NCBI GenBank assembly: GCA_965223855.1
Contig: CBDCXM010000009.1
Coordinates: 2,656,001-2,720,000, forward strand
Direction of reading: 5' to 3'
Length of the DNA: 64,000 nt
DNA from: Candidatus Multivoradales bacterium
GTDB taxonomy: Bacteria > Acidobacteriota > Thermoanaerobaculia > Multivoradales > JAHEKO01
In this document: positions 17,132 to 26,441 of the stretch, one piece after another
Layout of the letters: the number at the start of each line of letters is the position of its first letter
Numbering within the stretch: position 1 is the stretch's first letter
The notes under the pieces: model-generated
Seen by the model: only the letters and a program-made list of their open reading frames with translations
Database searches by the model: none
Told to the model about the DNA's origin: nothing
Made by a program: the position numbers and the translations under genes

Positions 17132-18232
17132 ATGAATCGACTGAGGCAACTGAGCGAGCACGGCCAGGCGGTGTGGCTGGACTACATACGCCGTGACCTG
17201 CTCAAGGGGGGCGAGCTTGCCGCGATGGTGGAGGAGGATGGTGTCACCGGCGTGACGAGCAACCCGGCGATCTTCAAGCAGGCGATCGCCGACAGTACGC
17301 TCTACGACAGCGCCCTGAGCACTCTCCTCGAAGGGGAACCGGAGGCTCCGGTCGTGCGCCTCTATGAAGAGCTCGCCGTGCAGGACATCCAGCGCGCTGC
17401 AGAGATTCTCTCGCCGGTCTACGAGCGCACCGAGGGTGCGGACGGCTTCGTCAGTCTCGAGGTCTCGCCGCACCTGGCGCGCGACACCGAGGGGACGATC
17501 GCCGAGGCGAGACGGCTCTGGGAGTGGGTCGAGCGTCCCAACCTGATGATCAAGGTACCGGCGACCGCGGAGGGGATCCCCGCGATCGAGCGGCTGATCG
17601 CTGCGGGGATCAACGTCAACGTGACGCTGATGTTCTCGCTCCGGCACTACGAGGACGTGGCGCAGGCCTACCTGCGCGGCCTCGCTTCGGTCGATGAGCC
17701 GGCTCGCGTCGCCTCGGTCGCCTCGTTCTTCGTCAGCCGGGTCGACGGCCGGATCGATCCGCTGCTCGAAGCGAGCGACGACGAGGCTGCCGCCGGGTTG
17801 ATCGGCTCGATCGGTATCGCCAACTGCAAGGCGGCCTACCGCCGCTATCAGGAACTCTTCGAAGGCGAGGCGTTCGCCGAACTGGCGGCACGCGGTGCGC
17901 GGCCGCAGCGTGTGCTGTGGGCCAGCACCAGCACCAAGAACCCCACCTACCGCGACGTCCTCTATGTCGAGGAGTTGATCGGCCGCGACACCGTCAACAC
18001 GATTCCTCCGGCGACGCTCGAGGCGTTTCGCGAACACGGCGTGGCTCGCGACAGTCTCACCGAGGATGTCCCGGCTGCGATCGCCGCACTCGACAGCCTC
18101 GCCGGGCTCGGCATCGACCTCGACCTCGTAACGGCCGAGCTCCAGGAGGACGGGGTCGAGGCGTTCGTGAAGCCGTTCGACAGCCTGCTGGCGACCCTCA
18201 ACTCCAAGCGCGACGCCCTGCTGGTGGCATGA
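17132..18232 (+). CDS. tal: Transaldolase
   Basis: GQAVWLD, GVTSNPAIF, VSLEVSP, LMIKVPAT, NVTLMFS, ASFFVSRVD, LWASTSTKNP. Confidence 0.96.
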   Translation: MNRLRQLSEHGQAVWLDYIRRDLLKGGELAAMVEEDGVTGVTSNPAIFKQAIADSTLYDSALSTLLEGEPEAPVVRLYEELAVQDIQRAAEILSPVYERTEGADGFVSLEVSPHLARDTEGTIAEARRLWEWVERPNLMIKVPATAEGIPAIERLIAAGINVNVTLMFSLRHYEDVAQAYLRGLASVDEPARVASVASFFVSRVDGRIDPLLEASDDEAAAGLIGSIGIANCKAAYRRYQELFEGEAFAELAARGARPQRVLWASTSTKNPTYRDVLYVEELIGRDTVNTIPPATLEAFREHGVARDSLTEDVPAAIAALDSLAGLGIDLDLVTAELQEDGVEAFVKPFDSLLATLNSKRDALLVA

Positions 18233-19746
18233 GCGCCGGCCGGCAACGACTCGAACCGGGCGCGCTCGGCCCGGTCTACGAGTCTCTGCTCGGTCGGCTC
18301 GAGGCTGAGGAGTTCTCCCGAAGGCTCGTCGACGGAGACGAAACGCTCTGGCCTCCTGAGCAGGCCGCCGGGGAGAGGCTCGGGTGGGTAGGTCTGCCGT
18401 CGAAGATGGCATCAGAGGTGGGGGCGATCGAGAGCTTCGCACGCGAGGCACGGGGCGAGTTCGACCACGTCGTACTGCTGGGGATGGGCGGTTCGAGCCT
18501 CGGAGCGGCGGTGATCGCCAACCTGCTCCGTACGGCGGACGCTCCGGAGCTGCTGGTCCTCGACAGCACCCACCCGACCGCGGTCGCCGCACATCTCGAG
18601 GTCCTCGATCCACGGCGGACCTTGCACATCGCGGCGTCCAAGTCCGGCACGACTCTCGAGACCAGCGCGCTGCTCGAGACTTTCTGGGAGAGACTGCCCG
18701 AGGGTTCCCGCTTCGCCGCCATCACCGACCCCGGCACGCCGCTGGCCGAGCTCGGCCGCGAGCGGTCGTTCCGCCGGGTGTTCGACTCGCCGGCGGATGT
18801 CGGAGGGCGTTTCAGCGCCCTGTCGCCGTTCGGCCTGGTCCCCGCCGCTCTCGTCGGTGGCGACGTCGGAGCATTGCTGGAGGGTGGACGGTCGGCCGTT
18901 GCAGAGGCGGCCGAGGCAACCCACCTCGGGGCGCTGCTCGCGGCCGCGGCGCTCGAGAGGCGGAACAAGCTGACCCTCGGCGCGCCCCCGGAGCTGATGT
19001 TGTTCCTGGGCTGGCTCGAGCAGTTGGTGGCGGAGAGCTCGGGCAAGGGCGGGCGCGGCCTGGTGCCGGTCTATGGAGAGCCGACGGGCGCGGCGGTGTC
19101 GGGAGATCGGCTACGGGTGACGCTGACGACAGCCGGCGACGCCGCCGAAGAGGGAGACGTGGTCCTCCACTGGACCGATCCGCTCGATGCCGGGGCTCTC
19201 GGTGCTCAGTTCCAGCATTGGGAGATCGCCACAGCGGCGGCCTGCTGGCTGCTGGAGGTGCCGCCGTTCGATCAGCCGGACGTCGAGCGGGCCAAGCAGA
19301 TCGCTCGTGACCTGATGGCCGGTGACCCGACGGAAGAGGAAGGTATCCCGTCCGTCGGCGTGGATGATGGCGAAGCCTTGTCGACGGCACTGGCAACCTG
19401 GCTCGAGGGCGCGGCGGAGGGCGACTACATCGCGATCCAGGCGTTCCTGCCCGAGGCGGAGGAGGTCCGAGTGACGGTCGAGGGCCTGCGCCGCGACCTC
19501 GCCGCCACCGGTCTGCCGACGACGCTGGGGTGGGGGCCGAGATACCTCCATTCGACCGGTCAGTTGCACAAGGGGGGACCGGCCGGAGTGTTCTGTCTTC
19601 AGATCGTCGACCGGGGGTCCGACGACGTCCGGATTCCCGGGATGGGCTTCGGCTTTCGCCGCCTGATCGATGGGCAGGCTCTCGGCGACGGCAAGGCGTT
19701 GCTCGAGAAGGGCAGAAGCGTTCTGCGCGTGGTGATCGACCGCTGA
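18229..19746 (+). CDS. pgi: Glucose-6-phosphate isomerase (type found in Tal-Pgi fusions)
   Basis: RLGW, LLGMGGSSL, SKSGTTLET, AITDPG, VGGRFSALS, EQLVAESSGK, PFDQPDVE, HSTGQLHKGG. Confidence 0.93.
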   Translation: MSAGRQRLEPGALGPVYESLLGRLEAEEFSRRLVDGDETLWPPEQAAGERLGWVGLPSKMASEVGAIESFAREARGEFDHVVLLGMGGSSLGAAVIANLLRTADAPELLVLDSTHPTAVAAHLEVLDPRRTLHIAASKSGTTLETSALLETFWERLPEGSRFAAITDPGTPLAELGRERSFRRVFDSPADVGGRFSALSPFGLVPAALVGGDVGALLEGGRSAVAEAAEATHLGALLAAAALERRNKLTLGAPPELMLFLGWLEQLVAESSGKGGRGLVPVYGEPTGAAVSGDRLRVTLTTAGDAAEEGDVVLHWTDPLDAGALGAQFQHWEIATAAACWLLEVPPFDQPDVERAKQIARDLMAGDPTEEEGIPSVGVDDGEALSTALATWLEGAAEGDYIAIQAFLPEAEEVRVTVEGLRRDLAATGLPTTLGWGPRYLHSTGQLHKGGPAGVFCLQIVDRGSDDVRIPGMGFGFRRLIDGQALGDGKALLEKGRSVLRVVIDR

Positions 19747-20465
19747 GCGGGCGCGTCGTTCAGGTCGGCAGGGATGCCGCAGTTGCGGCTTCGGTACTGG
19801 CGAAGGACGTCGTCGCCACCCTGGATCTCGCAATTCGCGAGCGGGGCGAGGCCTGGCTGGTGCTGTCGGGGGGCTCGAGCCCGGTCGACCTGTACCGCAC
19901 CCTGGCCACCGAGCATTCGGGCTCCCTCGACTGGGCGCGAGTGAAGTTCACCTGGAGCGACGAGCGTTGCGTGCCTCCCGACGACGGCGCCAGCAACTTC
20001 GCCCTGGGGTATCGCGAGCTGCTGAGGCCGCTGCGGATCGAGGAGCGGATGTGGGTTCGACTGGAGGGGGAGATCGAACCCGAGACGGCGGCTCGCAGGG
20101 CGAGCCTCGCGCTCGACGGTACCCGCTTCGATCTCGTGCTGCTCGGGGTGGGGACCGACGGCCACACGGCATCGCTCTTCGGCCGCGCCGGAGGCTCCGA
20201 CTGGGCTGAGTCGCGGGAATGGGTCGTGGCCACGGAGGCGCCCGTCGCCCCTCACCGGCGGCTGTCGCTGACGCCGTTGGCGTTGCGGCACGGCAGGGAG
20301 GTGCGATTTCTCGCCTGCGGCGCGGACAAGGCCGAGGTCGTCGATCGAGTTCTGTCCGGCGGTTCCAGGGAGGCGGCCAGCTGGATCGATCGCAGCGCGG
20401 AGCGAGTCGTCTGGCATCTGGACGAAGCGGCGGCGACCGAGTGGCGCCTGCGCCGCAAGCGATAG
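19743..20465 (+). CDS. pgl: 6-phosphogluconolactonase (start uncertain; CTG overlapping the pgi stop)
   Basis: LSGGSSP, WSDERCVP..SNF, LLGVGTDGHTASLF, RLSLT, GADKA. Confidence 0.9.
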   Translation: MSGRVVQVGRDAAVAASVLAKDVVATLDLAIRERGEAWLVLSGGSSPVDLYRTLATEHSGSLDWARVKFTWSDERCVPPDDGASNFALGYRELLRPLRIEERMWVRLEGEIEPETAARRASLALDGTRFDLVLLGVGTDGHTASLFGRAGGSDWAESREWVVATEAPVAPHRRLSLTPLALRHGREVRFLACGADKAEVVDRVLSGGSREAASWIDRSAERVVWHLDEAAATEWRLRRKR

Positions 20466-20532
20466 CAGCCTCAGAAAGACACCGGCGCCTGAGGGCCTGA
20501 GGCCCGCGACTCGCCGGGCTATGATCGCCTGG

Positions 20533-21309
20533 ATGTTCACGCGACAACCGATCCGACCCGGCGGCTTCGGCGGCGGCCTGACGCGCCCCGTTCCCCCGGA
20601 CATCTGGTGGCTGCTCGGCGTCGTCTTCGTCACCTACTCGCTGCGCTTCTTCGCCAGCACGGCGTGGCTCCCTGCGCTGCTCGAGTTGACCCCGGACGTC
20701 TGGCAGCGCGGATTCCTCTGGCAGCTGGCGACCTACCCGTTCGTCGGGGTTCGGCAGGGGGGGATCTGGCTCGTCATCACGCTCCTGATCCTCTACATGT
20801 TCTCGGGAGAGGTGCGAGCCCGCCTGGGTCGCCGGGGATTCTGGCAACTGCTGCTCTCGGCCGCCGTGGTCGGCTCCGTCGTGGCGGTCGTCGTGCAGCT
20901 CGTAGCCAACGCGGTCACGACCGGCGTGGCTGGAGGGTTCCCCATCCTCCAGGGAGAGCGGATGCTGATGGCCATCGTCATCGCCGCCTTCGCGACCCTG
21001 GCGGGCGACGCGGTGATCTACCTCTTCTTCGTGCTGCCCATCAAGGCTCGGTGGTTCCTGGGTCTGGAGCTGCTGTTCGCCTTCCTCGCGTTCCTGACGA
21101 CCCGAGATCTCGCAGGGATGCTCGGCCTGTGGGCGGCGGTCGGCTTCACCTTCTTCAGTCTCGAGGGCCGTCGCGGAGGCAGGGGGGTGCTGCGCGAGGC
21201 GTGGCTGAGACTGCAGGAGAAGTGGTTCCGGCTGCGGCTCGATCGGGCCCGTCGCAAGCGGGGTCTCGAGGTGCTACCGGGCGGCCGCAAGGACGACTGG
21301 TTGCACTGA
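20533..21309 (+). CDS. Rhomboid-like membrane protein lacking an obvious catalytic dyad
   Basis: LWQLATYPF, FFVLPIKARW; about 6-7 TM segments; basic C-tail ending DDWLH. Confidence 0.7.
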   Translation: MFTRQPIRPGGFGGGLTRPVPPDIWWLLGVVFVTYSLRFFASTAWLPALLELTPDVWQRGFLWQLATYPFVGVRQGGIWLVITLLILYMFSGEVRARLGRRGFWQLLLSAAVVGSVVAVVVQLVANAVTTGVAGGFPILQGERMLMAIVIAAFATLAGDAVIYLFFVLPIKARWFLGLELLFAFLAFLTTRDLAGMLGLWAAVGFTFFSLEGRRGGRGVLREAWLRLQEKWFRLRLDRARRKRGLEVLPGGRKDDWLH

Positions 21310-21375
21310 CGCTCGGACCTGCCTGACTCTCCTTCTCGTCGGATCGTCGCCGAGCCGGTCGCCCGGAGACAGAAC

Positions 21376-21402
21376 ACCCGCCCGAGCAGAGCCCGGGCGG
21401 GT
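21376..21402. terminator. Hairpin between convergent genes
   Basis: ACCCGCCCG-9 nt-CGGGCGGGT perfect stem; no U-tract. Confidence 0.45.
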
Positions 21403-21427
21403 GACTCGTCAACACACGGCTCGGAGG

Positions 21428-22198
21428 TCAGTTCCCCGAACTGTGGTTGACCTGCACGTTGGTCTCACCGCCGCTGCTGCTGAGGACGATGGTGAGCTGC
21501 CGGCCGTCCGCGTGGGTGGCCGTGACGCTGCCCCCCTCCTGACCGCCTCCGCTGTAGGTCGCCCGGTCGGTGTCGAAGCCCTGCGGGTCCAGCTCCCCCT
21601 CGTAGTAGTCGATCAGCGAGCCGACGCTCTGCGAGGTCGTGTAGGAGAAGGCACCCGCGGTCTGCGAGCCTCCGCTCGTCTGCATCAGCACGGAGGGCTC
21701 CGAGGCACCTGCCGGGATCGGCACCCACGACGGGGTGTCGCTGCCGCCACCGTCGCCGAAGTAGGTCGTCTGCTGCCCTTCGTCGTCGCGCATCGTGACG
21801 ACCGCACCGCCGTCGGCGGGGTTGTTGATCGTCATCGACCCCTCCCCGGTGCTGATCGAGAAGCCCTCGTTCTCGAAGTCCGACCAGTCGAACGTCATCT
21901 CCTCACCGGTCGTCTTGTCGCGCACGGTGATCGTCTGATCGTCGTTGTCGGTGCTCACCATCTCGAGGTCGGGGTTCATCCTGACCGCGAGCTCGGCGGC
22001 AGCGCGACCGGGGTTGTCGGCGAAGTCCTCGGCGAAGTTCTTCGCCTTCTTGGCGACGAAGAAGGTACAGGCGCCGAAGCCGAGCGCGAGCAGCATCAGC
22101 AGCCCGAGGCAGCCGATGAGGATCCAGGCGACCGGGCTGAGACCCTTCTTGGCGGGCTGCGGCGGCGGTGCGGGAGGTGGGGTCTGCGGTTCGGACAT
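21428..22198 (-). CDS. Hypothetical membrane-anchored periplasmic protein
   Basis: Pro-rich N-terminus, single TM (WILIGCLGLLMLLALGFGAC), Ser/Thr/Gly-rich beta-type C-terminal region; strong GC3 bias. Confidence 0.8.
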   Translation of the reverse strand: MSEPQTPPPAPPPQPAKKGLSPVAWILIGCLGLLMLLALGFGACTFFVAKKAKNFAEDFADNPGRAAAELAVRMNPDLEMVSTDNDDQTITVRDKTTGEEMTFDWSDFENEGFSISTGEGSMTINNPADGGAVVTMRDDEGQQTTYFGDGGGSDTPSWVPIPAGASEPSVLMQTSGGSQTAGAFSYTTSQSVGSLIDYYEGELDPQGFDTDRATYSGGGQEGGSVTATHADGRQLTIVLSSSGGETNVQVNHSSGN

Positions 22199-22290
22199 CT
22201 TCGGGTCTCCTGGTTCTGAGTCGAGCCGGCGGCGCGTGCGCGCGAGGCCGGCTGCTCGATCGATGTAGAGGCTACGGGGGTAACAGGTCG

Positions 22291-23748
22291 CTAGTCTAGC
22301 GAAACGTTACCGGCCGGCGCTCCAGGCGACACCCTGCGAGCGCCGAGAGCGACGAGGTAGTTGGCGGCCACGCCCAGCGTGCCGGCATGGAGCCCGTGCC
22401 AGCGGGAGAGACCGGCGAAGTGAAGGGTCAGGGCGACCGCAAGCCCGGCGACGAGCCCCGTCAGGATGTGGCTCCCTGAGAACGGTCGACGGGTTCGAAG
22501 CGTCCCGAGGACGAAGGCGGGGGAAAGCTGGATGAGGATCTCGAACTTGATCACCAGCAGTTCCCAGAGGGTGCCGAGCGGACGCAGGGCGAGCGCCACC
22601 AGCAGTGCCATCACTGCGACCGACACCCAGACCCCCATTCGCGAGCCCTCCGGCCTTCGATCTCCGCGGTGGATCAGATCGCGGGCAACGATCGACGAGA
22701 GGGAGAGGAGGCAGGAATCGGCGGTCGACATGATGGCCGCCAGCACGCCGAGGGTGACGAGCAGCACCGGCCAGCGGGCGATCGGGCTCTCGTCGACCAG
22801 ATGGTCGAGGACGCGAAAGGTCACCTGGTCGCTCTCCGGCCTCGACAGCTCGGGGAAGAGGACGATGCCGGCGAGCCCGAGGAAGACGACGGTCGTGATG
22901 GCTATGTGGGGCAGGAAGGCCATCGTCGCCAGGGCGCGCTTGAGGTCGATGAGGCGCCGCGCTGCGTAGATGCGCTGAATTGCCTGCGGGTAGAGGGGCG
23001 CGCCCAGCCCGAGCAGAAGGAAGTTGCTGATCCAAAGGGCGCAGTCCTCGAGATCCGGAGTGGCGATGCGGTCAGGGGCCGTCTGTGTCAGGCGCTCGAT
23101 GACGGTCGCCGGAGTGCCGACGACGTCGAAGAGGAGAACGGCCGCGAGCAGCAGGCCGAGGAAGAGCACTCCCCCCTGGAGGGCGTCGGTCCACGCCACG
23201 GCGCGCATGCCGCCGAGGATCTCGTAGGCGAGGATGACCACGGCGCCGCCGACGACTCCCGCCCAGTAGGGGATCTGCCCCCCGGTCAATCCGGAGAACG
23301 CGTGACCCATCGCCATCAGCTGCGCCAGCAGGAAGTTGACGAGGGTGACGACGAGGATGAGATTGCCGATGCGGCTCAAACCTCGGTGCTCGAAGCGGTG
23401 ATCGAGATAGTCGCCCGGGGTGACGAAGTCGTGCCGGCGGGCCAGCCTGAAGAGGCGCGGAGCGAACAGCAGGTAGCCGCCGACGATGCCGACCATGAAC
23501 GTCACGCTCATGTAGTAGGTCAGCCCTTCGCGATACGTCTGGCCTGGGAAGCCGGACAGGGAGTTGCCGCTGTACTGGGTCGCGAAGAGGGTGAAGAGCA
23601 ACACCAGCGGGCCGAGCCCGCGTCCGGCGAGGTAGAACTCGCTCCAGGTGTGGGCTCTGCGGGCACGGTGACTGCGCCACCCGATCACCACCAGGGCGAT
23701 CAGATAGACGGCCGCAGCTGTGAGGAGCGCCGGGCCGCCGTCAGACAT
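22291..23748 (-). CDS. Sodium:solute symporter family protein (PanF/PutP-like)
   Basis: FYLAGRGLG, ATQYS, GGMRAVAWTD, AAIMSTADS. Confidence 0.92.
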   Translation of the reverse strand: MSDGGPALLTAAAVYLIALVVIGWRSHRARRAHTWSEFYLAGRGLGPLVLLFTLFATQYSGNSLSGFPGQTYREGLTYYMSVTFMVGIVGGYLLFAPRLFRLARRHDFVTPGDYLDHRFEHRGLSRIGNLILVVTLVNFLLAQLMAMGHAFSGLTGGQIPYWAGVVGGAVVILAYEILGGMRAVAWTDALQGGVLFLGLLLAAVLLFDVVGTPATVIERLTQTAPDRIATPDLEDCALWISNFLLLGLGAPLYPQAIQRIYAARRLIDLKRALATMAFLPHIAITTVVFLGLAGIVLFPELSRPESDQVTFRVLDHLVDESPIARWPVLLVTLGVLAAIMSTADSCLLSLSSIVARDLIHRGDRRPEGSRMGVWVSVAVMALLVALALRPLGTLWELLVIKFEILIQLSPAFVLGTLRTRRPFSGSHILTGLVAGLAVALTLHFAGLSRWHGLHAGTLGVAANYLVALGARRVSPGAPAGNVSLD

Positions 23749-23953
23749 CGTCGTCAGACCAGTAGCGCAGGACTCCCCAGGCGATCAGAGCCGAGAGCAG
23801 GACGGTGAAGCCGCCGCTCCACCACAGCCACAGCGGCAGGCCAAGCCACAGTCTGGGCGATCCTTCGCCGAGAAAGGGGAGCGGTGCGGTGCCCAGGGCG
23901 ACGAGACCGAGCAGCACCATGAAGCCACGGTGGCGCCGCGGTTCGTCGCTCAC
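23741..23953 (-). CDS. Small two-TM partner of the SSS transporter (DUF997/DUF3311-like)
   Basis: WLGLPLWLWWS motif; overlaps the SSS start. Confidence 0.75.
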   Translation of the reverse strand: MSDEPRRHRGFMVLLGLVALGTAPLPFLGEGSPRLWLGLPLWLWWSGGFTVLLSALIAWGVLRYWSDDDV

Positions 23954-23959
23954 CGGGAG

Positions 23960-24976
23960 CTACTGCTGAATCTTCGAGAGCGCCGCCGCGAGGGCGTTGA
24001 AGCCGCCATCCGACTCGGTCTGGCTCTTCTTGAACGCCTCGTAGTCTTCGCGACTGCCCTCGGAGGCGTCCCCCTCGAGGCCGAGAGAGATCCGCTGCCG
24101 TCGGGGTTCGATGCTCAGAACCTTGACGTTGAGCCGCTTGCCCGGCGGGAACACCCTGGCGGCTGAGCTGTCGCGCGGGATCATCATCTTCGAGCTGGGC
24201 AGGAGGCCGGAGAGACCGGGCTCGAGTTGGATGAAGGCGCCGAATCGCTCGACCTTCTCGACGATCCCCTCGATCGTCATCCCGGTCGAGTACTTCTCGG
24301 CGGCGTCGCGCCACGGGTCGGGCTCGAGCGCCTTCATCGACAGCGAGATCCTCCGACCTCCCTTGTCGATCTTGAGGACCTTCACCGTCACGTCATCCCC
24401 CGGCTGGACGACGTCCTCGGTCTTTTCGACGCGGCGTCGCGCGAGCTCGGAGATGTGGACGAGGCCCTGGGTACCGCCGAGATCGACGAACGCCCCGAAG
24501 TCCTTGACCGTTACGACCTTGCCCTGAAGGACGGCTCCGGTCTCGATCTTCTGCGGCTTGGGCGGACCCTGAGGGACGGCCTGCTGGCGCAGGTGCGAGA
24601 CGCGGGAGAGAACGACCTGGTCGTCCCCTTCGATCGTCAGAACGAAGAACTCGAACTCCTGGCCGACGTAGCTCTCGCCCGGCCTGGGATCGCCCAGTTC
24701 CATCTGAGACAGCTCACACGAGCAGGTCACGCCATCGACCTCGACCTCGAGCGCCTCTTCGCCGGCGGCGACCACGGTCCCGGTGACCGCTTTTCCGGAC
24801 TGCATCGCTCCGCGAATCGCGTCGATCGCAGCCTCCGTCGTTTCCGGGGCAGCAGTTTCCTGCGCTTCGGTCTCGGCGGCCTCGGCTTCGCCGTCGGCGC
24901 TCGCCTCCGCGGTCACTTCCGCAGTTTCCTCTTCCGTGGTCAGCTCTTCGACGTCGACGCTCGAATCTGCACTCAT
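23960..24976 (-). CDS. S1 RNA-binding domain protein (three S1 repeats)
   Basis: FGAFVDLGGTQGLVHISEL, RRISLSMK, FGAFIQLEPGLSGLL; acidic N-terminus. Confidence 0.9.
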   Translation of the reverse strand: MSADSSVDVEELTTEEETAEVTAEASADGEAEAAETEAQETAAPETTEAAIDAIRGAMQSGKAVTGTVVAAGEEALEVEVDGVTCSCELSQMELGDPRPGESYVGQEFEFFVLTIEGDDQVVLSRVSHLRQQAVPQGPPKPQKIETGAVLQGKVVTVKDFGAFVDLGGTQGLVHISELARRRVEKTEDVVQPGDDVTVKVLKIDKGGRRISLSMKALEPDPWRDAAEKYSTGMTIEGIVEKVERFGAFIQLEPGLSGLLPSSKMMIPRDSSAARVFPPGKRLNVKVLSIEPRRQRISLGLEGDASEGSREDYEAFKKSQTESDGGFNALAAALSKIQQ

Positions 24977-25008
24977 AGCGTGTACCTGCTCTTCAAGATT
25001 TGGGGCGA

Positions 25009-25039
25009 TGACAAGGTTGTCGCGGTGACAAGGTTGTCG
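25009..25039. repeat. Tandem 14-bp repeat of a palindromic unit
   Basis: TGACAAGGTTGTCG at 25009 and 25026; each unit contains GACAA-GG-TTGTC. Confidence 0.85.
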
Positions 25040-25229
25040 GTGAAAGGGTGGGCCGCAGTCGCTCGTCGAGGTATGTGGCACGGTGACGAGCCAAGCGTCG
25101 GTCGGGAGACCGAGGGCGCGCTGCGACGCGGGGCGCTCAGTGTACAACATCCGCGAGGGTGGGCGGGGGTGGGAGTCGGCCCGGATCGTGCGTAGAATGG
25201 CCGTCGTTCACGACCCGAGAGGAAGAGAG

Positions 25230-25472
25230 ATGGAACTCACCGCCAGCGAAGCCGCAATCCTCGAGCGCTACCTCGACAAGATGCACATGGCGGGAGGGCC
25301 ACGCGCAGGCTACCTCCTGCGCCGCCGCGCCATCGAAGCGGGCGTCGATCCTTCACTCGACCTCGACGCGGGGCTGGGAGGCCTGGTCGAGCGCGGGTTG
25401 CTGGCGACGAGCGAGGGGGGGGAGCTGCTCTACCTCACGGAAGAAGGCGCCACGGCGATCACGGCGCTCTGA
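25230..25472 (+). CDS. Small hypothetical protein, winged-helix-like
   Basis: LVERGLL...YLTEEG pattern; purine-rich RBS; TAGAAT -10 at 25193. Confidence 0.65.
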   Translation: MELTASEAAILERYLDKMHMAGGPRAGYLLRRRAIEAGVDPSLDLDAGLGGLVERGLLATSEGGELLYLTEEGATAITAL

Positions 25473-25478
25473 GTCCGC

Positions 25479-26087
25479 TCAGTCCACGGCCGGCGCCGCA
25501 AGCCTGCCGTCGAGTTCCAGCTCCGCGGCGGCTCCCTGCATTGCCTCGAGCACGTTCTGGACGTGCTGCCACAGCTCCAGTCCGCCGTCGAAGCAGGCGT
25601 CACTGAATTCGGACGTTGCCTGCTCGACCTCGCCGCGATGTACGCCTGCGGCGAAGGACTTTTCCTTCCATCGCTTTCGCAGCGACTTGAGCTTGACGTC
25701 ACGGACGTCCTTCGACGGACGGACGAGCGACGACGCGACGATCAGCCCGGTGATCTCGTCGCAGGCGAGGAGCGCGAAGTCCATGGGTGAAGTGCGCTCG
25801 ACTCCGGTCCCGGCGGTGTTGTGAGAGAGGATCGCCCGGACGACCTCTTCAGGGCACCCGCGCTCCCGCAGGATGGGTGCCCCCTCGGCCGGATGCGCCT
25901 CCAGAGTCGGGTGGATCTCCCAGTCGAAGTCGTGGAGAAGGCCCGCCAGCCCCCACAGCTCGACGTCGCCGTCGAGGCGCTCGGCGTAGCTGCGCATCGC
26001 CGCTTCGACGGCGACCATGTGGCGTCGGAGGCCGGGTGCTTCGACATGTTCGCGGACGACGTCCCAGGCTTCGGTGCGGTTCATCAT
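25479..26087 (-). CDS. HDIG/HD-domain metal-dependent hydrolase
   Basis: LRRHMVAVEAAM, GLLHDFD, AILSH, LACDEITG, KSFAAGV. Confidence 0.9.
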   Translation of the reverse strand: MMNRTEAWDVVREHVEAPGLRRHMVAVEAAMRSYAERLDGDVELWGLAGLLHDFDWEIHPTLEAHPAEGAPILRERGCPEEVVRAILSHNTAGTGVERTSPMDFALLACDEITGLIVASSLVRPSKDVRDVKLKSLRKRWKEKSFAAGVHRGEVEQATSEFSDACFDGGLELWQHVQNVLEAMQGAAAELELDGRLAAPAVD

Positions 26088-26425
26088 CCGTCTCCCATCA
26101 CGGCGAAGGTGACCTGGGCTTTCGCCACGATCCGTTCCCCCTGGGTGACCGTCCCTTCGGCGACGGCGAGGGTCCGGCCGCGCTTGACGAGCGCTCCGGT
26201 GGCCGTGAGCTCCGCCTGTCGCGCGCGGCTCACCAGGTTGACGGTGACGGCTGCCGGAACGACCGCCGCCCCGACGGCGCCGGCGGCGGCGATCTCCGCA
26301 AGGGTCGTCAGAACGGCGAAGTGGACCGTATCGGGAGCGACGAGGTGTTCCTCCCGCGGCTCAAGGGTCAGGCTGCCGGGGGCGTCGCCTGGCCGAAGTC
26401 CGAGGTTGCTGTTGAAGTCGGTCAT
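26084..26425 (-). CDS. PaaI/hotdog-fold thioesterase
   Basis: VHFAVLTTLAE, LVKRGRTLAVAEG; GGAG RBS. Confidence 0.8.
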   Translation of the reverse strand: MTDFNSNLGLRPGDAPGSLTLEPREEHLVAPDTVHFAVLTTLAEIAAAGAVGAAVVPAAVTVNLVSRARQAELTATGALVKRGRTLAVAEGTVTQGERIVAKAQVTFAVMGDG

Positions 26426-26441
26426 GGCCGGTCTGCTCCTG

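Noticed and set aside
25009-25039. Repeat as a degenerate CRISPR array
   Set aside because: Only two 14-bp units with a 3-bp gap, and no cas genes.
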